A DNA stretch of 64,000 nt from NCBI GenBank assembly GCA_965112155.1, contig OZ218105.1; one strand, given 5' to 3'. Both the position numbers and the translations under genes were made by a program. Below, piece after piece: positions 12,290-25,500 of the stretch (position 1 is its first letter; each line of letters starts with the position of its first letter). Source of the stretch: Podarcis liolepis. Its lineage: Eukaryota. The notes under the pieces are model-generated. The model saw only the letters and a program-made list of their open reading frames with translations, searched no databases and was not told the origin of the DNA.

Positions 12290-14560
12290 GCCCGGGCTCG
12301 CTATCCCGGACGCTGCAGGCCGCCTCGTCTGGCTCCGCAGCTCGCAGAGCCGCGTCACGTGCGTTAGTGACAGCCTGTCCCGGCGCGTCCCGGAGCACCG
12401 CGGGGCTCCCAATTGGTGCAGGAGCGGCTGTGCGGCCCTCCCCCTTTCCCTTCCTTCGCGCGCCCCCTGCTAGCAGCGCGCCGCGGGGTGGGAACGTCGA
12501 GGCAAAAGAGGCGGGCGGGGCGGGGCGAGGGGGCGGGCGCTGCCGATCAGCTGTTCGCCGGATTCTATAACAACAAAAGGCTCTGCGGGGAGCGCAGACT
12601 GGCCGGTGCAACAGGGCTCGGGGCGCCCGCAGGAGCAGCTTCCCCGCCATCTACCTCACTCCGCCGCCGTCCAGGCTCCGGATTTGCCCGGCTGCTTTGC
12701 GGACGGTGAGTGAAGGGCTGCGGGCGTCCTTTGTACTGGGTGCGTGTGGGTGTTTTTTGGCCACAAGTGACCTTAGGCGCGATATTCTTGGCGTTGGGTG
12801 CGCGTTCCGTTTGGATGCAGCGGGGGGGGGGGAGGGAGAGAAAAGGAAATCTGGTCTATTTTAAGAACTGGGCAAGGGGGATTCCCACCATCTCCTCCGC
12901 CTATAAAGTTTAGTATATTTATATATCTGGCTGCTGAGCAGAATCGCTTACCCACTGGCCCTTTCCTGCGTTCCGCTTTCTGGGAAGGGTCCGTCTCGTC
13001 CCTCTGCAAAGTATGCAGAGATGCGGGGAGGGGGGCGAATAACACCGGAGTTCATGCAGGGAGAACTAACTCTCAAAGTCTTCTCTTCTCTTCCTTCCCC
13101 CCCCCCCGGCTCTACTTCCTTAAAGGTAAATTACTGCGCGATCCTCCTCCCAGCTTTGTCCGTCGCTCGGCAGCGCCTTCCGACTGGGCTGCTCACAAAC
13201 CACTTGTGGCGTAGTTTTGCCAGCCAGCCTCGCAGCCAGCGAAGCCGCTTCCCTGGAAGCGAGCCCTGCAAAATTCAGTTGTTCCTACTTCCTGGTTAAT
13301 GAAACTGCTGCGGGTTTCATCTGAGGCTGAGATCGTTAAAAAAAACAGAAAAGAAAAAGCGTCTTATAGCTTGTCCTCTCGAGTACCTTAAGGGGTGTTT
13401 TCGTTTGGTGATGGTGGTGGGGTTGTTTTATTAAAATTCGCGGAATTAACTCTTATTTTCGTGAGATCTAGTAGTGCAGCCCATAGCCCGTTAAATATAA
13501 ATTAGTAGTTAAAAAAAATACACTATCCCTAACATACTAACTTGAAAGGAGAGCCCCACTGATTTCGGTGCGACTTTATATTTCAAATACTGTAAACTGC
13601 TCCTGTGAGTGCTCAGTGCCAAGTGATTTTATCCCGATGCGAGCTCGCATAGGATCGCATCCTTCAACCTTACTATCGTCAGATCTGTAGGATCGGGGCT
13701 CGGGATCCCCTTTTCAATATCAATTGCGGGCGGGCGCGTGGATCCCGGCAGCGTTCCGCGCGCGATCCTGCGGAATAATAATCCGGCGCGGACAAACTTT
13801 ATGTACCCGCGGAGAAGGGCGCGAGCGTTTGCCCGCCTGCCCTGCGCGCTCCGTCTCCGGAGCGGAGTTTCAAACTGCTGGCGAGAGAGGCGCAGGGTGG
13901 AGTCCGGCGCCCATCTGGGCGGGCGGAGAGCAGGGGACCTCCCTTTTCCCCCTAAAGGGCGGGGGTGAAGGTCGTCCTGCGGCCAGGGCCGCGGGGCGTG
14001 GACAGAGAGCTCTCCGGCCTTGGAGATGTCCTTTCCAAGCCAACTGCCCAGGCAGTGCAGCCGATCCACGCGCCTTGTGGATGCCCTCCGCTTCCTCTCC
14101 CCGCTTTCTACCCGGCCTTGCGGTTGGAGCAACCCCCCCTCCCTTTTGTCTCTGTCCTTGCCCGCCCCCTGGAGAGGGAGTGGGGGGACTGAGGCCGAGG
14201 AGGAGCTGGGGTTGCCTGATCCGCCCAAGGGGGCTGGAAAGGGATCGGGTTGCTTTCCCCCCGCCTCCCGCGTATCCTGTTTTGTTGACAGTGCCGAGAG
14301 ACCGCCCTTCCCTTGGTGTAAGGCTTCCGTCTCTTCCCGTCGGGGCGGATCTTGGACTCCGAAGTTGAGTCGGGTTCAGGTGTGTGACTAACCTCGCCGG
14401 AGCAGCCAAGCGGCGCCGCCCGGGGAAGAGGCAACTTGCGCGATCAAAACAAACCAGGAACTGGTGACTCACGGCCGCCAAGGGCGGGGAGAGGGGGGCA
14501 ATCCGGGTCGGCACCCCGAGGCGTGATTCCTGCCGAGGCCCCATCCTGAAGCCCAATATA
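12290..14560 (+). promoter_or_regulatory. TP53INP1: CpG island / promoter and non-coding exon 1 of TP53INP1
   Basis: Dense CpG; GTCACGTG E-box at 12354, CCAAT near 12409, GC boxes near 12513, TATA-like ctataac near 12565; donor ACG|gtgagt after 12705. Confidence 0.75.
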
Positions 14561-14614
14561 CATGAACAGACAAGAGCAAGCTATGAGCTCTGGTAAACAC
14601 GCACAATCCCCCCC

Positions 14615-14800
14615 CAGGGGTGCCAACTTAAATAAAATATTGGGGAGGCAGGTAAGCCCTGCCCTATATAATTGATCACAAGATGTGGCTCGCACACACC
14701 ATTTGAATGACAGTGCCTATCAACTTGGGGGGCCCTGACCCCCTCAAATATTTTATGGGGCCCCCGAAGGGACCTCAGCTCCTAGGAGGTGGTTCCTATG
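14615..14800 (+). mobile_element. hAT-type MITE (caggggtgccaac family)
   Basis: Degenerate TIRs; homologous to the fragment at 38138-38275. Confidence 0.6.
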
Positions 14801-16743
14801 AAACACACACATGGATAAGCAGTTGTGTAAGTCACTCTTTATGTAACTACAGTTAGGAAGTTGCCTTTGGCAGTGTTTCCCAAATTTTACGCACACACAC
14901 TACCATAGATCACTTGAAAACTGGCAGACCACTCAAGATTTCTCTGCCTGTAGTAATTGTGATGTGTCGTGCTAGACTTATTATTCTTAATTGCAGTTTA
15001 ATTGCTTTGTATGGTATTACGATTTACAGAATTCAGATTGCAATGCAATAAAATGTAAAAGCAGCAATAAAAATCAATACAGTATGGGCACAACCACAGA
15101 TCCACACTGTGGACAACCTGGATGAAGCTCTGGTTCATTGACCGCAGTTTGAGACCCCTGCCCATTGGTCCACCCAGTGTCTGCACTGATTGGCAGCAGC
15201 TCCCCAGGGTTTTTAGATGGAGACCTTTCCCAGCTTTACCTGGAGATGCCACCAGAACAAAGCTGGGACCTTCTGCTTTTGCATGCAGCTGCTGATCACA
15301 GACTTCATGGCTCCTCCCAATTGAGTATAGTGGGCATTCTGCTGTGCAACTTTCCAATAGGAGTTCCTGATGCTTTGTGGGGCAAGGAAGTTAGTTGTTT
15401 CCCCCCCCCCCCCTGTGTGTTTTAAAGTTTCACAAGTATTTATTTTTCCACAGAAGGCTCTAGTCTTTGGCAAACTGTTCTGGACTTGCATTTGTTTTGC
15501 TTTGCAAGAACATTTCACATTTGATGCAACCTCCGAGCATTTGTCTGATGCAACCTCTGAGCATTCTGATAGGCTTCCGAGGGCTTTTGGAGATGGTTTT
15601 GGGTGGGTGGGTGGAGAATGATTGCTTTTCAGCTCTTACGGTAGGCAGTTTCAAACTTCTAAGTTCTCTTTAAGACTTTTGCCCACCCATATAGTGGAAT
15701 GTGGTAGCAGAATTCTTCCATGGTAAAATTAACAATACCACTTCAAACTGCACACAGGGCAGGAATCGTTTTTTTTTAATCCTTCACTATGTTTATTGTA
15801 AATATCCTTTGATTTGCAGTCCATTCTTCATGGCCATCTTTTTCCTGTCTTTCAACATATCTGTGTCTCCCCTTAATTGGTGTCTGTTTCTGTCTCAGTG
15901 GTAACAAAAAACAATGCAAATGCAAATACAAATACAGTACAGTACTTTTTTTAAAAAAAAAAAAGATGGCACCCTCTAATGGCAGCCTGATATATCACAG
16001 TCTCTTCTGTTAACTTCATTCTCTTCTATATGTCGATCAGACCAAAATTGTGCTGATTGGATTAGAGGGAGCCAGCCATTGTTCAAGCTTTTGCAACCTG
16101 TTTTCAGTTTTCATGGAGCTGCCTTTGAAAGCAGTGAAAATCAACAAGAAGAGAAGTCCTGAATGGTGCAGAAAAATATTTTATCAAATGATTTACCTGT
16201 TGGCTGCTGCCTGCTGCACAGCTTTGAATGAGCTCGGCTTTGCAATGAGGTCTTTGCAATGACGCATCTCACTGCCTTGAGAGTGGTATCATTTTGGCAG
16301 TAGGCACAGATATACCTCTTTGCCCAGTCTTTGGTGGAGGGTTGAGGTGTACTGCACATCTGAATTAATGTTGCGGCTGCATATTTGGTTTTATGCTGTT
16401 TTAATAGTACTGTTTCATTTTTATTTAGAATGTGCATATTTCTGCCCTGGGCCTATCGGGTGAAGGGCAAACAATGCTTTACACTAAATAATCCACTCAA
16501 GACAATGCCCCCTCCCTGAGAGACCCTGGAGAATCTGCCAGCCTGAGCACAGGCCTGATGGGTGATCTGAATCTGCCCACTCATGTCTGAGAATCTCTCG
16601 ACAAGGCTTTTGCTTTTGGACAATGGGGTGGCTGCAGAGTTAAAAACTGAAGGGCTTATGGGGAAAAGGTGGAGGAGTTAACTGGGTGTTCTGTTGGTAC
16701 CTTTTAATCTATTGTTCTCCTGCCAAAAAAAGTCACTCTAGCC

Positions 16744-17003
16744 CATGGGTAGGCAAACTAAGGCCTAGGGGGCCAGTCTGGCCCAATCACCTTCTAAATC
16801 CGGCCCGCGGATGGTCCAGGAATCCACAAGTTTTTACACGAGTCGAATGTGTCCTTTTATTTAAAATGCATCTCTGGGTTATTTGTGAGGCCTGCCTGGT
16901 GCATAGGAATTCGTTCATTCTTTTTTTCAAAATCTAGTCCGGCCCCCCACAAGGTCTGAGGGACAGTGGACCGGCCCCTGCTGAAAAAGTTTGCCGACCC
17001 CTG
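16744..17003 (-). mobile_element. hAT MITE (caggggtcagcaaac family)
   Basis: TIRs; 8-bp TSD ctctagcc/ctccagcc; copies at 25983 and 31701. Confidence 0.8.
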
Positions 17004-18259
17004 CTCCAGCCTGTGACTTTGGGGAGAAGTAGATTTAAGCAAGGGGTAGTGAGAAGAGGCGCAAGTATCATTTAAGGTAGATCTGGGGGGAAATTCCAGG
17101 CAGCTTACCCAAATGCCTAGAACATGGGGGGTGATTCTCTTCTCTTCTCTCCCCCCGCACCGGGTGCATCAAGGTGTATCTGAGAAAGAATTCCTAAGTA
17201 GCAAAAGCCCTGAAGAAAAAGAGCCCCAAGCACTGGAGCTATGAAAATTAATATAGGGAATCGGATAATGCTGTGTACAGGACGGTGCGGATTGGGAAAT
17301 ATTGGGGTGGCTTAAGAGGGTAGGGATCAGACCTCCTTAGAGAAGCCTGTCCTGGACTTTGTCCCATTGCTCTGCTTTCTACCAGTCTTTGTGTGTGTTT
17401 CTTACTTGGTTTTCCCTCAGCATTTTAATACTGCCCATTTACAGTAAGTTTGGGAAACATAGATCAGGTCTACTGAGATTATGTAAACTGTATAATGTGC
17501 TATTACTTTCACGTTATCTGGCTGCCGCATGTCCTCAAACAAGAACTCTCTCAGTATCTCAATATCATTAGCATTAAGACAATTTCCATAAGCTAGTGAG
17601 ACTCCCTACCTGTGCAACTGGAATCTCGCTGCAGAATGCTATCCTGATAAGTGAAGGGGGGGGGAATGCTACTTTTAACTTAAAACCCGCGCTTCTGAGC
17701 CCCCTGCTGGAAGCAGTGATATTGCTGATCTTTGAAACTGTGAATGTGGTACTATAGAACTGATGGACTTTCATTTCTGTAAAGCTTATCCCTAGAACAC
17801 TTAATAAGAGATGAGAAGGAGGCTGATAAGTTTGTCCTTGCAGCTGAGTTGAAACATCTCAGAAGAAAATATTTGGATTAAGAACCAGGAGTTTCAGAAC
17901 ACTGGCTGTTCTTTAGATACAACCTTAAGCCCTAGCGCTTCCAGGAAACTAACTACTGTTGGAGACTAGAGAGAAGGAAAGCATTCTAATTTGGTGATAG
18001 AGACATGATTTATGCAGAATGTCCTGGGTTCAAATCCTGACACCTCCAGGCAGGACTGGGAAGGGGGGGAACCTATGGAGCAATGGGGATGGCAAGCACA
18101 ATATGATGGTTCAGTGGGCAGAGCTGATTACCCTGTGAGTCTGGTTTCACCTATATGGGCAAGTATAAAGATGAGAGAGATGAGGAATCTTAATTGCCCT
18201 GCAATTATCTCAGATTTTCTATAGTGGTATTGTTTTCTCTTTTTTAAAAAATGGAACTA

Positions 18260-18480
18260 CAGTGGTACCTCGGGTTAAGTACTTAATTCATTCCAGAGGT
18301 CCGTACTTAACCTGAAACTGTTCTTAACCTGAAGCACCACTTTAGCTAATGGGGCCTCCTTCTGCTGCCGCCGCAGCATGAATTCTGTTCTCATCCTGAA
18401 GCAAAGTTCTTAACCTGAAGCACTATTTCTGGGTTAGTGGAGTCTGTAACCTGAAGCGTATGTAACCCGAGGTACCACTG
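18260..18480. mobile_element. Tigger-like MITE, family A
   Basis: TIRs plus TA TSD. Confidence 0.85.
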
Positions 18481-18910
18481 TAATGCTTTTGAAAAGCCAC
18501 TGGTTGTTTTGTACTTGAAGACACCATTGGAACCAGCTCCCCTCTATAGAAATTTGAAACTGCCCTTTTATTGTGCCATTGAATCTACTTGATAATGGTG
18601 CCTGCAGCTCCAAGTGGCTCAGTGACAAATATGGGTCGCTGCCATGTAATGTGTGGAATAACCCCTGAACAGTATATGTTTTCTGTGTGTGCATGTAGCA
18701 TTAAGACTTTTTCTTCTTCTCTTTTTTGCAGGATTTTGTAGCAACCGTTTACAAAGAAAGCCATGCCTCCCCGTGTTCTGTGCCTAAGCAGATAAAAGTA
18801 TTTGTGCACTTTAATCTTCTACCTGCGCCCTTGGCTAGTACATTGTGAACCTGTACCTTAACTCTTGCATACGAAGACGTTCCAGCCAGAGTCTTGTTAT
18901 TGCCTTAGTA

Positions 18911-19022
18911 ATGTTCCAGAGGCTGAATAATATGTTCGTGGGAGAAATCAATAATTTGCCCAGGCAAGAGCCAGAGTTCAGCGAGAAAGAAGAGGAGGAG
19001 TGGATTCTGGTGGATTTTATCG
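18911..19022 (+). CDS. TP53INP1: TP53INP1 coding part of exon 2 (exon starts 18732)
   Basis: ATG at 18911; donor G|gtaag; contains LIR WILV. Confidence 0.95.
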
Positions 19023-22000
19023 GTAAGATCTCCGTTTCACTATAATTTCTGCATCAGGAAGCAAGTTTTATTTTCTGTTTACAAAGGTTTTTTTTTTTTT
19101 AATTGCAGGGAATATTTCATGTTAAACATGAAATTGTGTACGGGGGAAAAAGGAATAAAAAACAGCTTGTTCAAGCTGGTAAAGTATCTTGCCCCCATCA
19201 CAGGGCATTTTCCTGGGCCAAGTTCTATACTGCCAACAAATTTCCACAACTCAGTACAGTGGTGCCCCGCAAGACGAATGCCTTGCAAGACGGAAAACTC
19301 GCTAGACGAAAGAGTTTTCCGTTTTGGAGGTGCTTCGCAAAACGAATTTCCTATGGGCTTGCTTCGCAAGATGACAATGTCTTGTGAGTTCCTGCGGGTT
19401 TCCCCCCCCCCTTTTCTAAGCCGCTAAGCCGCTTATCAGCTGATCCGATCAGCAGATAAGCCGCTAATAGCGCTAATCCGTCAATGGGCTTGCTTCGCAA
19501 GACAAAAAAACAGCTAGACGAAGAGAATCACAGAACGGATTCTTTTCGTCTTGCGAGGCACCACTGTAATTATAAATGGTTGATCTCTCCTCTCTTCCCC
19601 CTTCCCTTGCCCCAACTTTGTTCAACTATTGTAGACTGTAAGCCACCCCCCACCCTCTGGAAGGATTTGTGGGTTGGTTCAGATGCTTACCTTGGCGTAA
19701 AACGGCTGATGACCAGTTGACATGCTATCACCAACATGCAGGTCCTTTTGGACCCAGAAGAAGAGCATGGTGGGTGTAACAGGGCAATGCATGCTTATGC
19801 ATTGGGGCTGGGATTGGAACCCCCACGCAAAATCCTTATCCTTATCCCTATAGAGGAGGAGTGGGCATTTATGCCCTGCTCTACCATGGAAGGAGAATCA
19901 TCATCCCATGTAAAGATCTGAACAGATTTTGTCATTCCTGTATTTTTACACTGCCTATTGCGCTAGTGCCCCTATTCTTGTGCTAGCAAGAATTAGTGGG
20001 ATTTTGCCCCCATGAATGTTCACGCCATCCCCAAATCTGCTCCAGAGGTTGGGGAAAACCCCAGGACACATTTAGGGGGCATGTGGGGGGGGGGAGAATA
20101 TTCCATAGTACTACTAAAAAAAAAATGCACTGGCAACAATAATCATAGGTGAATACAACCGATTATTTCATTTATTAGACACTTGTTACCTAAAAGGTCT
20201 TCCAAGCATCCATTAGCGGTATAAAATTGTGGATATTTTGTTCCTTGCAAACTAAGACTGGGGAACCTATGGCTCTCTGGATGTTCTTGAATTCCAACTC
20301 TCAGATGCGGCCAGAACGGCCAATGCTGCTTGCAGAGTTGTAGTCCAACAATATCTTGAGGGGGGGACATATTCTTTGCACCTACTGTAAACCATCTGAA
20401 CTCTGGCTGCGTCAATCAACCTCGCCCATCTATCTCAATGGCTGTTGTAACTCCCAATAGACACCTGTACTAACTTCTCAATGATTGAAGAGGAGGAGGA
20501 GGTGGAGGAGGAGGAGGAGGAAGAAGAAGAAGAAGATATCCATAAAGCATCGCCTGTGGACAATTCACCCGTCTGCTCTTGTCTGCCTCCTTCCTTGGAA
20601 TGTTTGGCTGATGCCAGTGAATCTTGCTTTATCCAGTTTGACTCGTGCCCCATGGAGGAGAGCTGGTTCATTACGCCACCTCCGTGTTTCACTGCGGGTG
20701 GCCTGACCGCTCTCAAAGTGGAAACCAGCCCCTTGGAGAACCTTCTGATTGAGCATCCCAGCATGTCTGTATATGCAGTTCATAATACCCGCCACAGCCT
20801 CAACAAGACGAGCTGTGGTGGTGATGAGGAGGAGGAGGAAGAAGAAGAAGAAGAGGAGGAGGAGGAGACAGAGCCTCGTGATGTAAGCAATCCTAGGTAA
20901 GATATTTGCTCCTTGATTTGTACAGAACATCAAATAATGTTCACTAGGGAGAAAATATTCCTTTAAAATTAGCACATTTTGGAATACAGTCAACTTCATC
21001 AGACGTATGAAATGTTATCCTCCGTGGTGGGGTGAGCCCAAGACACCTAGCAAAACTCCCTGTGTGCAAAAGAAGCTTTTCAAACATGTGCAGAACACCC
21101 CATACATCATCCCATGACTAATCTCCTTAGTATGCTCCATTTTCCTTCTCTTATTTCTCTTCCCCTCACTCCCCAATTCTTCCCACTGGTACATTTCTAC
21201 TATTTCTCTGTATTTGTGACACTACTCCCTCCCCAACCAAATTTCCCATTTGGTATATGCCCATCCTCTCCCCCCGTGATTTTTTTATCCTTGGTACATG
21301 CAAGGATTTTCCTCTCTTCTCCTTATGGTACACCCTCCTTCCTACTCGCCCCCCGTCATGAATGCTTCTACTACAATGTTCTGATGTAATGGAATGAACC
21401 CCATTTCTTCTCCTGCCTTCCTCTCCTTAACTTGGTCTACCTTTCACAGACACATATACACAATGCATGTCCCCCTCTCTTTAACAAGCACACTCAGACC
21501 ACACATCCCTCCCTTCCAGACCATATATGCATACATAAATTCTTCCATCCATCCATCCATCTATCCATCCTTTTGCAGGCACACACACAAAATACTTCTT
21601 CCCATCTATCTCAAGAGCACATCTTCACACAATGGAGTCCACCATCAAATGCATTCAGGCCACATGCATCCAGCACCAGCCCAAAGGGGGTTCACGTACA
21701 TTGAGCTCAATAGCGAACATTAATCTGTGCAAGCCCTTTGCCTAAAGCAGAAACAGGGTACAGGGTCCTCCATATATTGTAGGATTTCATCTCCCATCCA
21801 CCCTAGGGAGCTGCTTGCACTAGTAAATCTTTTGGATGGGCAAAATACGGACTGCAAGAATAAGGATCTAATCAGTTTTCTTCTATTAGCAGCTCGTTAA
21901 TTTTTACAAGATGCTGGAAATATTTGGGAAATTCCACTTTAGAATATTGGTAGGATAGAACCGTGAACTGGACCCTATCTGAATAGTTAATCCAAAGTTC

Positions 22001-23264
22001 ATGTGTTTACATAAAGGCATAACAAAAAAGATATTTAACATGGTGTGATTTTATTAAATGCAGTGGTACCTCGGGTTAAATACTTAATTCTTCCGGAGGT
22101 CCATTCTTAACTTGAAACTGTTCTTATCCCAAATCACCACTTTAGCTAATGGGGCCTCCTGCTGCCGCCGCGCCACCGGAGCACAATTTCTGTTCTCATC
22201 CTGAAGCAAAGTTTTAAACCTGAGGTACTATTTCTGGGTTAGCGGAGTCTGTAACCTGAAGTGTATGTAACCTGAAGTGTCTGTAACCCGAGGTACACTG
22301 TATATCATAGAAGCAACAAAGGCTTCAGTAATTCCAGCAGCAACAGACCACCTCACACTTAAGTATTTCCCACTTCATTTGCTGAATACTGCCAAAAATA
22401 TAAACAAGATTCGTTTAACTGTATTCTTTTATGTACAGTACTAGGATAGGATAGGATAGGATAGGATAGGATAGGATAGGATAGGATATTGGAAGGGTGT
22501 ATTTGTTTTAAACATTTTGTAATGCCAATCCACCATCACAACTTTTCTTCTAAAAATCTCCTGCCCTCCTTGACCATTGGCTATGCAGGCTGCGATAGAT
22601 GAGAGATGTCATCCAGCAACCTCTGAAGGGGGCTCCATGTTAGGTCCCCTGGGCCTTTTCATTTGCCTCTCCCTGTGGACCCAATCCATAGCACCTTCCC
22701 GAGGAGAGAAGGCAAAGGCATATGTAGAGGTCTCTTCTCCTTGCTCTCAGGTGCAGCAGCCGGGCCAGAGATCAGCAGAGACCACCCTCCGAGAGACACA
22801 CACTGGGGCATGACAGCTGCCCAGCCATGCCCACCCTTGATGCTGCCCCTAAACAGGATTCTTAAACCCACAGGACCAGATCTTTACCACATGACAAAGA
22901 GCTATCTTTGTGCCAACCACAAGCACACACTGACTTGTGTCAATGTCACCAGAGCGTCTTGACATGCAGACCATCAGTGGTTGTGCCATAACCTCTCTCT
23001 CCTTTGAATTCTAGATCAGAAGCCCAAAGCGAAAGGGGTCAACACATCCGATGCTATTTTGCAGCAATCACTGCTCACTCAACCTTTCTCGAACAGACCA
23101 AGAGTTTTCGTCCTTCCCAGTGGATAAAAGAACACAACAAAAGACAATATCTGAACAGAAACTGCCTCCGTCGCCAAAACCTCACCAGGGATTGCTACTC
23201 TCGGCAACTCAAGAACAACGGATTGTTTGTTCACCAGCCTTGCCAGCGTCAGTATAATTACTGA
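18911..23264 (+). CDS. TP53INP1: Tumor protein p53-inducible nuclear protein 1, 265 aa; join(18911..19022,20461..20896,23015..23264)
   Basis: MFQRLNNMFVGE...EEEEWILVDFID (LIR motif), MEESWFITPPPCFTAGG..TSPLENLLIEHPSMSVY (DOR/TP53INP family core), C-terminus HQPCQRQYNY*; canonical GT-AG; 798 nt in frame. Confidence 0.97.
19257..19566. mobile_element. Tigger-like MITE, family B
   Basis: Same termini as 478-833, TA TSD, different internal segment. Confidence 0.8.
20461..20896 (+). CDS. TP53INP1: TP53INP1 exon 3
   Basis: caatag|AC ACC TGT...CCT AG|gtaag; two poly-Glu tracts. Confidence 0.95.
22061..22300. mobile_element. Tigger-like MITE, family A
   Basis: TIRs, family A body. Confidence 0.8.
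22442..22487. repeat. (TAGGA)n microsatellite
   Basis: About 9 perfect pentamer units. Confidence 0.95.
23015..23264 (+). CDS. TP53INP1: TP53INP1 last coding exon
   Basis: ttctag|A TCA GAA GCC...TAT AAT TAC TGA. Confidence 0.95.
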
Positions 23265-25500
23265 GGGCATCTTGCGTAGTTGTTTTTTCCTCCTTCAAAA
23301 AAATATTATCGGTTGACTTGCTGTTTGTATTTTTCATGTGTAGGCAATGAAGGCGAGATCAATCTTAGGCTGAGCAACAGTTATTTCTACACAATCACTA
23401 AGTGTTACATTTAGGTTGTAAACCACATTGTTGTAGCCGTGTGCGCCTCACAGAATGACTTTACTACATTTTATTCATGGCTCGGAAACATATCAGTACA
23501 ATAGTGTTTGTGTGACTGGGGGTTTGCTCTTTTCGTTTTTGTACATGACTTTCTAGAAACTTTTTATGACGGACGGATGGGTGGATGGGTGGGTTTGTTT
23601 TTATATTGGCCTTTTTAACCAAGGCAGAGCAGGCGACACATCACTTTGTAGTCCAAATGCAGTTACAGAACTACTCAGGGTCAGCCATACACTTGCAACA
23701 ATCTGTGTATACTGTATATCCTCTTAACCTAATGGGCGTGGCTAACCTTTGACCTGCCAGATGTTGCTGGGCCACACCTCCCATCATTCTTGGCTGTTGA
23801 CCAACCTCGCTGGGACTGATGGGAGTTGCAGGTTAGCAACTTCTGGAGGGCCACAGGTCCCCCACCCTTGATGTTAACATTTGAACACGATTATTAAAAT
23901 GTGATAGACTGTATGGTGTTGAACTCTGAATGACGAGCGAATTGTCTATGGGGCAGGAGAAGAATCTTGTGTGACCTGACTTCCTCCCATCAACTTCTGC
24001 TTAACCTCCATTGCGCAGTGTGGTTTAGCCGGCTTCCTCCACAGAGCAGAGCCTGAAGCAGGCATGCAAGTGAGGGTCATTGTGGTATGTTGGACCTTCT
24101 AGACCCAAAAGACAGTGACAAACATTTCCAGTGTCTCAGGCTATAAAATATAAGTATAGAGACAGATGATCACTTGACCAATACTCGCCTTCACTTGAAA
24201 TACTACCAGCTTAACTAATATATTTTTAACGAGTTAAAAAACAGCAACCATTCTATTATAAAGTGGTTTAATTTGACCAGTTAGTCCAAATAACTTAGAA
24301 GTTTTAAGAAATATGTGGTGGTAGTCTTCATCTGTCTACAAATTAATATTTTGGGTCTAATGCTTGACATCTGGAGTTCCTCAGAGCCATTTTTCTGTTT
24401 ACTTCCATACTAGGATATCCTGAATTTCAGCCAGTTGTTCATTTTTTTAAGTTACACAATGTTTTACCTTATTTCAGTGGTTACCCTATACTGTTAAGCT
24501 TCTATTGGTTTCATGGACAAACACCACAGATATATTTATAAACTCAGGAACGCTTCAGTGTTTGACTGTGGTCCTAGGTACACTTGTTTAGAGGTTTGCC
24601 TAACTGAAATAAAGTATTAGCAAATAGCTCTGTGTAGGTTCTTAGCTTTGATCTTTTGTCTCCAGAAACCATTCTCCTTCCTGTTTATAGGAATATTAAA
24701 ATGAAGATTACCTTGCCCACCTTATTTGTGTATGTTAGCAAACGTTTGAAGTTAGGCTTTCTAGTTGAGATATACAAATATTCCTTACCATTATTTTACT
24801 GGATAACTTTCTAGTGATGGAAGCTTATCTTTTTTTGAGGTAGACACACAAGCTTGTTGCACAAATATATGTGCTTTTTGGTTCTTAATATTGGAAATAA
24901 TACAGTTGGGAAAGGAATGATTGCATTACATCATTATGTTTGACTCTTAATTGTCTTGCATATTTATGTTACTAGTTCTATAATGTGCCTGGAAGTCTTG
25001 GACTGTTAGAATTTTTTTGCTTTTCTAATGCTATGTGTTTTGTGAGTAGGTATGACTTTTTATATAGTTGTGGTTTTTTTTTAAAAAAATGTATTAACTT
25101 GTAAAAGTGGGGGCCTTGTGCTGTACTGAATGGTGATTCAATAACTTTGCTTAAACTGTTTTTTCATATGTATTGTAAACAAAACTGTGCCTTTTTAAGT
25201 GACTTGTATACAGCAGACTTGAACTTGAAGACTAAAAAAAGGGATATTTCTGTTGGGATAAATACTGTACACCAGTCTATGCATTACCAATGGCAGCTTC
25301 TTTCTAGAGACATTTCTGTTTTGTCCTTGTAGCAGTTCTTTAGCTATTCAAGGTTCTAGCACCCTGATTCTACAATATACAGTAATATCTCAATGTAGCT
25401 TGTGCTTGAGTAGTTACTGCAAATCTGTTTCCTGTGCAGAAAATGAGACAGAGATACGCTATTATGGTACTTATTAAACATAACCCCTTTGGAAATGGTT
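23265..25500 (+). other. TP53INP1: Long AT-rich 3' UTR of TP53INP1 (end approximate)
   Basis: Repeat-poor AT-rich stretch; candidate ATTAAA signal at 25473-25478. Confidence 0.5.

Noticed and set aside
11900-14560. Many overlapping 100-230 aa ORFs
   Set aside because: Stop-poor CpG-island artefacts (Arg/Pro/Gly/Ala-rich) with no recognisable domains.
21795-21825. Possible TP53INP1 beta-isoform exon (ccctag|ggagctgcttgcactag, reading SCL)
   Set aside because: SCL is out of frame with exon 3 using this acceptor; not supportable.
23265-25500. miRNA seed matches in the TP53INP1 3' UTR (e.g. CTCAGGG at 23674, ATGTAGC near 25393)
   Set aside because: 7-mers occur by chance in 2 kb, and conservation cannot be tested here.
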